Positions 1 to 7,890 of a DNA stretch of 52,984 bases are shown here, one piece after another (position 1 is the first letter of the stretch; each line of letters begins with the position of its first letter). Under the pieces are notes generated by a model that ran no database searches, was not told the DNA's origin, and worked only from the letters and a program-made list of their open reading frames with translations. Origin of the DNA: Candidatus Yonathbacteria bacterium (GTDB lineage Bacteria > Patescibacteriota > Minisyncoccia > Phycocordibacterales > JACNGX01); assembly GCA_013334825.1 (NCBI GenBank), contig JAAXWR010000002.1, positions 100,025 to 153,008 of the forward strand, given 5' to 3'. A program made the position numbers and the translations under genes.

Positions 1-1
1 G

Positions 2-1156
2 GTTGCCGTCGTCATGGTATCGTACGTGCCGATGCCACCCAAAGTGGGTGAGATGAAGACCAAACCAACACAACACGCCAGTCGTTTACTCAATTCCGCG
101 GGACTTCAGGCGGATGTTATCATCGCACGTTCCGAACTTCCTCTTGATAAAAAGCGTAAAGATAAGATTGCGACATTTTGTAATATTGCATCTGAACGAG
201 TGATTTCCGCGCCAGATGCAGACAGTATCTATGATATCCCAGTGAACTTTGAGAAAGATAATTTGGGAGACACTATGCTCAAATTGTTATCATTGCCGCC
301 ACGTGAACGCGATATGGCACATTGGCGCCGCTTCGCGGCGCATACCAAGTCCGTGACCGAGCCAGCCAAGATTGCTGTCGTAGGGAAATATTTTGATACG
401 GGTGATTTTGTACTCTCTGATGCATATATTTCTGTTATCGAAGCAATCAAACACGCGGCATATCATCTGGATAAGAAGCCTGAACTCACATGGTTTTCCG
501 CGGAGCGTTTTGAAGATGGGAAAGAGCTTGCAAAGCTTGGTGTGTATGACGGCATTATTGTTCCCGGTGGCTTTGGAGAGCGGGGTATTGAAGGGAAGTT
601 GAATGTCATCCGTTATGCACGAGAAAAAAAGATTCCCTATTTCGGACTTTGTTATGGGATGCAACTCTTGACCATTGAATATGCGCGTCATGTCGCAGGG
701 CTCAAAGGTGCCAACACTGCCGAGATAGATGCCAAAGCTCCGCATGTCGTGATTGATATTATGGAAGATCAGCGCAAAAAACTTGAGCATGGAGATTATG
801 GTGGCAGTATGCGTCTCGGTGCGTATCCGGCAGTCCTTAAAAAAGGAACCATTGCTCGTGATGCGTACAAGAAGGAGGATATCCGTGAACGACATAGACA
901 TCGCTATGAAGTAAATCCTGAATACATCACGCGACTTACTGACGCAGGGTTAGTCTTTTCAGGAACATCTCCCGATGGTCGTCTTATGGAGATTGCGGAG
1001 CTTTCGCGAGAGAAACATCCATTTTTCTTGGGGACACAATTTCATCCAGAATTTCTTTCGCGACCGCTTCATCCGCATCCGCTCTTTGTCGCATTTGTGA
1101 AAGCGAGTACTGAAAGAAAAAAGAAACAGAAAAAAGACAAAGGGAAAAAACGATAA
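2..1156 (+). CDS. pyrG: CTP synthase, C-terminal part (5' end outside window)
   Basis: ORF is open to the window edge. Glutamine amidotransferase motifs GLCYGMQL and HRHRYEVN. Ends in an unusual Lys-rich tail RKKKQKKDKGKKR. Confidence 0.95.
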   Translation, partial: VAVVMVSYVPMPPKVGEMKTKPTQHASRLLNSAGLQADVIIARSELPLDKKRKDKIATFCNIASERVISAPDADSIYDIPVNFEKDNLGDTMLKLLSLPPRERDMAHWRRFAAHTKSVTEPAKIAVVGKYFDTGDFVLSDAYISVIEAIKHAAYHLDKKPELTWFSAERFEDGKELAKLGVYDGIIVPGGFGERGIEGKLNVIRYAREKKIPYFGLCYGMQLLTIEYARHVAGLKGANTAEIDAKAPHVVIDIMEDQRKKLEHGDYGGSMRLGAYPAVLKKGTIARDAYKKEDIRERHRHRYEVNPEYITRLTDAGLVFSGTSPDGRLMEIAELSREKHPFFLGTQFHPEFLSRPLHPHPLFVAFVKASTERKKKQKKDKGKKR

Positions 1157-1180
1157 ACGATAAAGATACAAAACGATATA

Positions 1181-1210
1181 CAGGCGCGGGGCATGCTTGC
1201 CCCGCGCCTG
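1181..1210 (+). terminator. GC-rich hairpin after pyrG
   Basis: caggcgcgggg / ccccgcgcctg stem around a short loop, 25 nt after the pyrG stop. Confidence 0.6.
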
Positions 1211-1283
1211 TACTGCTTGTGGTATATCTCCGTCCGTGGTATACCTAAGCAAGTCTTTTTCTTTTTAAATAAAAATCACCCTT

Positions 1284-1961
1284 ATGTTAAAGAAAAAAGA
1301 ACAAGTGCTGTACATTGCACATTCCGCGACAGATTGGCGTAGCCGAATGTTGAGTAATGACGTAGGTGCTTTTGTCATGATTGACGGAGAAGAAAGACGC
1401 CTGTTCCCCAGTGTGACGCAGTTTATTGAGATGATAAAATATCCTGAACATTCAGGATGGAGTCATCTTGATGAGTCACGTCTTTCCTTTGATGCAGAAA
1501 AAGAAACGGTTACCCTTGGAGAGTCAGACGTTTCCGATTCTGTCGGATATATGTGTGGTCGCCCGTATAATCCTGTGGTCTTTCATGCAAATAAGGGACT
1601 TGACTATCGGGAAATACTGAAACAATGTAGCCCCGATATAGCAAGGAAAATTGGATCGAAACTTCGTCCAGGGAGAGTCGTCGTGTATCTGTTTGGTAAG
1701 ACTTATCGGTACGGTTCCGCAGAACATGTTGCGCTTATTGAACAGGCGATTCGGGCAAAGTTTGCGCAAAACGAAACGGCTTTCAAGGCACTTCTTGCCA
1801 CGGAAGGATTGGAGCTTCGCTACGTCCCTCGTCGGGGCAAAGATTCAACACTTTTTTCTGCCGAAATGTTTTGCAAACTTCTCACAGAGATACGTGAAGC
1901 ATGTCTTGCGAAAAGAGATGCATATCGGCAGACATGTACAAACGGATGTGCACAGGTATAA
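1284..1961 (+). CDS. hypothetical protein, weak NADAR (DUF1768)-like
   Basis: 225-aa ORF. Segment AEHVALIEQAIRAKFAQNETAFKALLATEGLEL resembles the NADAR/YbiA helix pattern. The family call is tentative. Confidence 0.45.
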   Translation: MLKKKEQVLYIAHSATDWRSRMLSNDVGAFVMIDGEERRLFPSVTQFIEMIKYPEHSGWSHLDESRLSFDAEKETVTLGESDVSDSVGYMCGRPYNPVVFHANKGLDYREILKQCSPDIARKIGSKLRPGRVVVYLFGKTYRYGSAEHVALIEQAIRAKFAQNETAFKALLATEGLELRYVPRRGKDSTLFSAEMFCKLLTEIREACLAKRDAYRQTCTNGCAQV

Positions 1962-2043
1962 GGAAAACAAAAGCCACAGGGTCATACCTGTGGCGTTTTT
2001 TATATGTGTTATGAAGTGATAGGTGATGTTATACTATATGCAT

Positions 2044-2117
2044 TGCGGGGTCGTCTAACGTGGTAAGACACGGGCGCTTTGAACGCTTGTATCTGGGTTC
2101 GAGCCCTAGCCCCGCAT
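2044..2117 (+). tRNA. tRNA-Gln(UUG), copy 1
   Basis: Cloverleaf read by hand: acceptor TGCGGGG/CCCCGCA, D stem GTCT/AGAC, anticodon loop CTTTGAA (anticodon TTG), T arm CTGGG-TTCGAGC-CCTAG. No encoded CCA. TGTTATACT extended -10 lies upstream. Confidence 0.85.
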
Positions 2118-2387
2118 CAAAAAGCTCGCTTTTTGATGCGGGGAGCGGGGCGACTGCTCGTCCCGCGTCTAGGGTTCGAAAGCCACAGCGATGTCTGAGC
2201 GATTTATCGCGAAGACCGCGAGGAGAATTATTTACGATATGCCGGAATGATTTTAACAGTAATAAAGAAGAAGTATCTTAAATGTGTGCATTTGTCTCAT
2301 AGATTGAAGATATTACACAATACGTTTTTGTATGCAATATAACAAATCTGTTGCGTCTTTTTGGTGATACGGTATTATACTGTATAT

Positions 2388-3104
2388 ATGTCTTTATCTC
2401 ACGAGACGCTGACGGCTCCGGCCGAGGCAGGGTCAGTTGACTCATTAGAAAAACGTTTTAATGAACTAAAGGTCGAAAGAGAAAAAGTAGAACAAAGTAT
2501 TCGAGAGTCTTTCGATATTAAACGCTTGAAGGTGTATGTATCGATAGTTAATAGAGTGCATGCTCAGGAAGGGATAGATGATACCGAGAATATATTACGT
2601 AAGCGTCTTGAAGAGCTCGGAGAAGATTATGATGAATTAAAAAAAATGTATGAAGGATATCTGGCATATAAAGCGCAAAATCTTGATGTTATCGTTACAG
2701 AAATGCAACAAGTACAAGCATCAGCCATTAAAAAGTTTCAAGAAGACATAAAAAGAGACATTGCAGAAGCAGGACTTTTTGCGGAAGCGCTGAAGAGGGA
2801 AAAGGATGTATATCTATTTTCGCTCCTCACTGAGATTGTGCAATATGAAGAAGGTTTCATAGCTTCGGGGAAAAAAGAAGATTCTCTCGATTCAATTCTT
2901 GAGGATCAACCTGCAGATATACAAAAAAAATATTTTGGCTTGAAATGGGCATATAGTGAATTGGAAGCAATGGAGGGGCCCTTTATACAAGGGTCGTATG
3001 ACAGGGAAAGGTTTGTATATGAAATTCTTAAAGATTTGGGCATTACGATTGATACTGGACATTCGTTGATTTTTAATCGTAGAATGGAATCTCTAGAAAG
3101 ATAA
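2388..3104 (+). CDS. hypothetical protein (charged, coiled-coil-like)
   Basis: ATG at 2388 sits 6 nt after TATACT (2376-2381). No recognisable family. Lies between the two identical tRNA-Gln genes. Confidence 0.6.
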   Translation: MSLSHETLTAPAEAGSVDSLEKRFNELKVEREKVEQSIRESFDIKRLKVYVSIVNRVHAQEGIDDTENILRKRLEELGEDYDELKKMYEGYLAYKAQNLDVIVTEMQQVQASAIKKFQEDIKRDIAEAGLFAEALKREKDVYLFSLLTEIVQYEEGFIASGKKEDSLDSILEDQPADIQKKYFGLKWAYSELEAMEGPFIQGSYDRERFVYEILKDLGITIDTGHSLIFNRRMESLER

Positions 3105-3115
3105 TAAATATGACT

Positions 3116-3151
3116 AAACACACGGCGACCTATTTAGGCTGCCGTGTGTTT
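3116..3151 (+). terminator. hairpin after the 2388-3104 gene
   Basis: 11-bp stem aaacacacggc / gccgtgtgttt with a 14-nt loop. Confidence 0.5.
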
Positions 3152-3194
3152 AGTTGGAAACTATTCTAAAAGATATGTTATCATGCACCTATAT

Positions 3195-3268
3195 TGCGGG
3201 GTCGTCTAACGTGGTAAGACACGGGCGCTTTGAACGCTTGTATCTGGGTTCGAGCCCTAGCCCCGCAT
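3195..3268 (+). tRNA. tRNA-Gln(UUG), copy 2
   Basis: Positions 3193-3270 are identical to 2042-2119, giving the same cloverleaf. Confidence 0.85.
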
Positions 3269-3270
3269 CA

Positions 3271-3433
3271 GAGCGAAGCGATGATGTGGGGCTAGGGCTC
3301 GAACGCGGAGGGGGTCGGGGAACCTGTTGGTTCCTTGTGGAGGAAGTACATGGAACCGTGGGTTCCATGAGCGCAGCCCAGCCCTTTCCACCGAAAGGGC
3401 TGGGCGAGCAGTGAGTAGCCCTAGCCCCGCATC
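3271..3433 (+). ncRNA. GC-rich multi-hairpin module ending in a copy of the tRNA-Gln 3' end (function unknown)
   Basis: Perfect stems at 3319-3334, 3349-3369 and 3376-3405. 3288-3304 is the exact complement of tRNA positions 3248-3264. 3417-3433 repeats tRNA 3253-3269. Confidence 0.35.
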
Positions 3434-3469
3434 CTACAATATTTATTCTCATTTCTCATTATTACTACC

Positions 3470-4213
3470 ATGACAAACCTCACAGGAACCATTGCCCTTG
3501 TTACTGGAGCGTCAAAAGGTATCGGACGCGCGACGGCAATCGCCCTCGCGAAGGAAGGGTGTTCGGTCATTATCAATTATAAATCCGACGCCGAAGCAGC
3601 CGCCGATACTCTCAAAGAGTGCGATGCCTATTCACAAGGTAACATGACGATTGTGGCGGATGTTTCGCGCGAAGAGGATGTTGCTCGGATGTTCAACGAT
3701 ATCGAGAGCAGATACTCCCGCCTGGATGTTCTTGTTAACAATGCAGGGATATTTGACGAGCGTGACAGTCCGACAAATATTGAAACATTTGAGCATATAT
3801 ACAGAAATAATTTTCTCAGTGCTGTTATCGTTACCAAATATACACTGTCTCTTATGAAGGAAGGTAAGATTGTGAACGTGTCCTCCATCCATGGGAGACT
3901 TGGGTACGGTCGGCCCGGGGCGATTGCATACGCGGCATTCAAATCTGCACTTGAGAGCTATACGAAAAATCTTGCAAAGGAACTTGCCCCTCATATATGT
4001 GTGAATGCCATTGCCCCTGGGAGAACACTTACACCGATGTGGGGTACTTTGAGTGAGGATGAGCAAAAAGAATTGGGGAAGGGACAGCTCATCGGTCGTA
4101 TGATAGAACCGGAAGAAATTGCCGACGGTATTCTTTTTCTCATCAAAAATGATGCAATGTGTGGCGAAGTGATGACGATGGATGGCGGTATGGGAATCGC
4201 ATATCTCAAATAG
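3470..4213 (+). CDS. SDR-family oxidoreductase (FabG-like)
   Basis: TGASKGIGRA cofactor motif, NNAG, and catalytic YAAFK (YxxxK). Confidence 0.9.
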   Translation: MTNLTGTIALVTGASKGIGRATAIALAKEGCSVIINYKSDAEAAADTLKECDAYSQGNMTIVADVSREEDVARMFNDIESRYSRLDVLVNNAGIFDERDSPTNIETFEHIYRNNFLSAVIVTKYTLSLMKEGKIVNVSSIHGRLGYGRPGAIAYAAFKSALESYTKNLAKELAPHICVNAIAPGRTLTPMWGTLSEDEQKELGKGQLIGRMIEPEEIADGILFLIKNDAMCGEVMTMDGGMGIAYLK

Positions 4214-4217
4214 CGGT

Positions 4218-4679
4218 ATGAAATGGCAACACCCACCGATTATCAAAATATACGAAGCGCTTGGTGCCGTTGCTGACGGACGTATTGATGTATTAGAGAA
4301 TACGGCAAAAGTGTATTCATCCAGCCGGAACAAATGGTATGACGTTGTGTATGATGAGACGACGGGTGCCATTATGACGAACGATAACGGATCGTATTGG
4401 AAAGAGTATCTTGGGTATCCGTCTATCGCATTTTTCTTTGTGAAAGGAATACTTCCATATGATGCGCGCATGGGTGAATTGCTCAAAGGTATTAAGTGGA
4501 AAGATATCAATCAAGAATTCAAGAACGATTTTGACAAGACCCTCGCACATATCGAATCATCGCTCTCGTCGCCTGAGAGTGAAGCACTTGCTATATATGT
4601 TCGTGATATTGATACCCGCATTGCGACCCTCGCTCCGGACATGTTCGGTAAGAAAATACTGCCACCCGAGGGGTACTGA
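4218..4679 (+). CDS. hypothetical protein
   Basis: ATG 4 nt after the SDR stop. 153 aa, no recognised family. Confidence 0.55.
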   Translation: MKWQHPPIIKIYEALGAVADGRIDVLENTAKVYSSSRNKWYDVVYDETTGAIMTNDNGSYWKEYLGYPSIAFFFVKGILPYDARMGELLKGIKWKDINQEFKNDFDKTLAHIESSLSSPESEALAIYVRDIDTRIATLAPDMFGKKILPPEGY

Positions 4680-4703
4680 GTTGCTGGAATCTTCCAAAGA
4701 GCG

Positions 4704-4712
4704 TGCTATAAT
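4704..4712 (+). promoter_or_regulatory. extended -10 (TGCTATAAT) upstream of tRNA-Gln(CUG)
   Basis: Exact TGnTATAAT match 29 nt before the tRNA 5' end. Confidence 0.55.
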
Positions 4713-4741
4713 GCCCTCATATATTGAATATTGCGGGATCG

Positions 4742-4815
4742 TCTAATGGTAGGACATCGCCCTCTGGAGGCGAGTATCTAGGTTCGAGTCCTAGTCCCGC
4801 AGCCAGTCTGGACAC
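4742..4815 (+). tRNA. tRNA-Gln(CUG)
   Basis: Acceptor TGCGGGA/TCCCGCA, anticodon stem TCGCC/GGCGA, loop CTCTGGA (anticodon CTG), T arm CTAGG-TTCGAGT-CCTAG, discriminator G and encoded CCA. Confidence 0.9.
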
Positions 4816-4853
4816 TGTTCCTGAGACCAGGACGGGTCATATAAAATTAACCT

Positions 4854-5498
4854 ATGGCAGAAAAAGATATGACAGACAAGATTCAGTCTTGTTTAAATCA
4901 GGGTGAATCTATAACAGAGGATCAAGTCAGGTCCTTAATGATTTTGGTGCGTAAGCATCTTGAGCTCATGTCTGATACAGACATGCTGCAATTTTTAACA
5001 CTCAACCTATTTTGTAATTGGTGCGCTCATATAGAAATTACACAATCAAATACAGGCCTGCGAACTCTCGCAAAGATTAATGATGTTTTGGTGCGCGTAA
5101 AAAATTCAACAAACACTGATCACATGCTCGCGGAAATATCGGGTGCAATTGGTCTCGATGTGCTTCGTGCAGAGCTAATTACTTTCTTATCTCGAATTGG
5201 AGTTACACATCGTTTGGATCAGAGAGCAGAGTGGGCGGCTTTTCTAAAGTGCTTACTTGAAGTTGTTCGTGATGTGCCACTAGCATTTCCTCCGATTGCT
5301 AAACTCAACAAGGGAGCTCAAAAAATCTACGATCAGATTGCTCAAAATCCGATTAAGCCCGGGGCAGGGGTAATTCGCGCTACTATTTCAAAGGTAGATT
5401 ACGGCACTCTTGGAGCAGGAGAAGGAGAATTATGGTGTCTCCTAATACGGACTGAAGATACTACTACTCTCATTGCTCCTCTCCGTATCCTCGTCTAG
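4854..5498 (+). CDS. hypothetical protein
   Basis: 214-aa ORF. ATG 6 nt after TAAAAT (4842-4847). No recognised family. Confidence 0.6.
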   Translation: MAEKDMTDKIQSCLNQGESITEDQVRSLMILVRKHLELMSDTDMLQFLTLNLFCNWCAHIEITQSNTGLRTLAKINDVLVRVKNSTNTDHMLAEISGAIGLDVLRAELITFLSRIGVTHRLDQRAEWAAFLKCLLEVVRDVPLAFPPIAKLNKGAQKIYDQIAQNPIKPGAGVIRATISKVDYGTLGAGEGELWCLLIRTEDTTTLIAPLRILV

Positions 5499-5503
5499 TG
5501 GAT

Positions 5504-6841
5504 TCATGAAGGGTTTTCGAGCAATACTTTTTTGTTTATCAGAGTAAGCTTACTTTTAAACGACTGCATCAGCTCGCGCTTCTCCGCGACGGTTCCTTTT
5601 TTGAGAATATATTTTGCATAGGATCGTAGGTCTAAGCCGCTCTGGTCGGTTATCTGGTCTTCGGTTAAGCCAAGTACATTATTACGGAAATTACTGAAGC
5701 GCCCCATCTCTTTTTCGAGTTTTTCTTTAATTCCAATCTTATCTATTTGGATCTTGTCTAAGATCGCTAAAAGTTGTTCGACAAGACTGTCCTCACGCAA
5801 ATAGGTGTTTTTACACGACTTGTCATAAAATCGGGTACAGCCATAGTAGATGTAGCTGTTCGTAGATCCGTCTTTTAGATTTTTAAACTTCTCCTGTGCG
5901 GTTATACCAGAATTACATATTCCGCATTTCATCAGGCGAGTAAATGCAAATTCTTTCACCGCTGGCCCATGCGGTTTATGCGAATCAAGTTTTTCCTGGA
6001 CCTTCTTGAATAACTCCTGACTGATGATTGATTCGTGTCGGCCGATATTCCACCTACCACTCTTCCGTGGGTACTCGAGCAGTCCACAGTAAAAAGGATT
6101 TCGGAGAACGGTGTGCACGTTGCTAAGAGTGAAGGGCTTACCACTTTTGGTTCTAAATTTTAGGTCATCCTTCAACCATCTGTATAACGCTCTTCCACTC
6201 CACTTTTCGTACGCCACTTTTTCAAACATGATTTTGATGACGTGAGAGCGTTGAGGATCGAGAATGACGTGGCATTTCTTGGTGCGATCCGGGTGGTTGA
6301 GGTATCCGGTTGGTGCAACACTCGGCCACAGTCCCATTTCAATCCTGGTGCGAAGTCCGCGCTTCACGTTGACACTCTTATTATCGTTATCAAGCTTCGC
6401 CTGACTACAAAGAATCATCAAGAGGAACTTTTCGCTTGGAGAGTTGGTGAAGCGTTGCCCGTACGTTTTTACTTCTATCAGTTTGTGCTGATCCATCAGG
6501 TCAACAATTGAGCCGAGGTCGCCGGCATTTCTTGAGAGGCGATCGGGATGCCAAGCAAGAATACCGCCAAATCGACCCTCTTTAATTTGCCGGATCATCT
6601 CATTGAAGACCGGTCTCTGAGCAGTCTCTTTTGCCGAGTGCGACTCGCGTTTAATCTCTGTCACCTCGATTCCGTCTCGCTGGGCTAACTGCAACATCTC
6701 CTTGATCTGGGAATCGATGGACAGAGCCTGCTTTTCATCCGATTCGCTCGATTTACGGGCGTATAGGCAGTATTTGGGCGCTTCTATAGGAGGCGCCGGG
6801 TCAGAATTCAACTCTAGCGGGTTGCTGATGTGCATACACAC
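5504..6841 (-). CDS. large serine recombinase (resolvase domain + recombinase domain + zinc ribbon)
   Basis: N-terminal YARKSSESDEKQALSIDSQ resolvase-type catalytic Ser region. Later CGICNSG ... YYGC zinc-ribbon-like cysteines. Confidence 0.85.
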   Translation of the reverse strand: MCMHISNPLELNSDPAPPIEAPKYCLYARKSSESDEKQALSIDSQIKEMLQLAQRDGIEVTEIKRESHSAKETAQRPVFNEMIRQIKEGRFGGILAWHPDRLSRNAGDLGSIVDLMDQHKLIEVKTYGQRFTNSPSEKFLLMILCSQAKLDNDNKSVNVKRGLRTRIEMGLWPSVAPTGYLNHPDRTKKCHVILDPQRSHVIKIMFEKVAYEKWSGRALYRWLKDDLKFRTKSGKPFTLSNVHTVLRNPFYCGLLEYPRKSGRWNIGRHESIISQELFKKVQEKLDSHKPHGPAVKEFAFTRLMKCGICNSGITAQEKFKNLKDGSTNSYIYYGCTRFYDKSCKNTYLREDSLVEQLLAILDKIQIDKIGIKEKLEKEMGRFSNFRNNVLGLTEDQITDQSGLDLRSYAKYILKKGTVAEKRELMQSFKSKLTLINKKVLLENPS

Positions 6842-7024
6842 AACACATGCCGGACCTGGGGGAAGAAGTCTAGCCGCCCATTAGTGGATAACCAAGCAGA
6901 AAGTTAGAATTGCGGGAAGTTCTTATTAAAGTCACCTTCTAACCCACCGTCCCTTTTCGGGGGAGCAGGTTATTCTCTTATTTTAGGCCATTATATGGTA
7001 TGGCGAGGATGTAATAAGAACAAC

Positions 7025-7053
7025 TTGACAAGGCCTGGTACTTTGTATACACT
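7025..7053 (+). promoter_or_regulatory. sigma70-type promoter TTGACA-17-TACACT for the 7087 operon
   Basis: TTGACA at 7025-7030, a 17-nt spacer, then TACACT at 7048-7053. Confidence 0.55.
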
Positions 7054-7086
7054 TGTACTAAGCTTATTATTAATTCTGAAAACATC

Positions 7087-7890
7087 ATGGCTGAGGAAAA
7101 CAAAGGAGAATCTGGGGCTGGCAAGGTTAAGAAGGAGCGCAGTACCGCATATCCGGGTATTGCCGTACAAGACGCAATTGGATTCAGTAAGATTCTCGTC
7201 GATTCTTATGGAAAGTCTCCATTTAACAGAGACGCTGCGCTGCAGGCACTTAAGCTAAAACCCGGCGGTTCTTCGTTCACGAAGGTGGCGGCGCTGGTGC
7301 ATTACGGTCTACTTACAAGACAAGGTAACGCATACGGTATTTCGGAGCTTGCTGAGCGAATCATTTACTTCACTTCGGAGGAAGCGCAAAAGGCAGCAAT
7401 TGTCGAAGCTGTGTTAAAGCCGAAGCTGTTCAATTCACTCGTAACGGAATACACAGGCCGAGCGGTCCCAAATCTTCTGCGGAACATTTTGATCCAACAG
7501 CATAAGATAAACCGGAATGTTGCCGATAATGTCGCGGACATCTTCAAGTCCTCCATAGAGCATGCAGGCTTGTATATGAATGAAATCATAACCGCGGTAC
7601 CGGTTACGACTTCCGAAGTGTCTGATACGGGAGAAGAATTAGATGTACAGGATCTTGCCCAACCTCCTCGCGCTACAGGGAAGATGCCGGTTGCTCCACA
7701 GTTAAAAGTCCCCGCTGGGATGCAAAGTGTCTCTCTTCCAAGTGGAATTATTATCAGCTACCCCTCTGAAGTGGCATATCTGTTTGCGCTCGGTAAGTTT
7801 GGAGCCCAAGTAGCTGCTCTTGAGGAAGCTGTCGGTAAGGAGTTGAAAAAAGATAACAATGACCCAGAGCCTATTACTGCCACAGAATAA
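7087..7890 (+). CDS. hypothetical protein (possible winged-helix repeats)
   Basis: 267-aa ORF. The next gene overlaps it by 32 nt. No family recognised. Confidence 0.6.
   Translation: MAEENKGESGAGKVKKERSTAYPGIAVQDAIGFSKILVDSYGKSPFNRDAALQALKLKPGGSSFTKVAALVHYGLLTRQGNAYGISELAERIIYFTSEEAQKAAIVEAVLKPKLFNSLVTEYTGRAVPNLLRNILIQQHKINRNVADNVADIFKSSIEHAGLYMNEIITAVPVTTSEVSDTGEELDVQDLAQPPRATGKMPVAPQLKVPAGMQSVSLPSGIIISYPSEVAYLFALGKFGAQVAALEEAVGKELKKDNNDPEPITATE

Noticed and set aside
3154-3452. ORFs 3154-3414 (+) and 3189-3452 (-).
   Set aside because: They overlap tRNA-Gln copy 2 and the GC-rich hairpin module. Their Gly/Pro/Arg-rich translations are typical of GC-rich non-coding DNA.
3632-4510. 292-aa antisense ORF, with similar long shadow ORFs at 290-901, 10535-11173, 19655-20248, 39620-40297 and 51658-52377.
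   Set aside because: Each lies antisense to a confidently identified gene (SDR, pyrG, the 10244 gene, MATE, pth, htpX) and has no motif of its own.
6925-6945. attgcggga near the recombinase gene matches the first nucleotides of the tRNA-Gln(CUG) region, a possible att core.
   Set aside because: A 9-nt match is close to chance expectation in 53 kb, and nothing else supports it.
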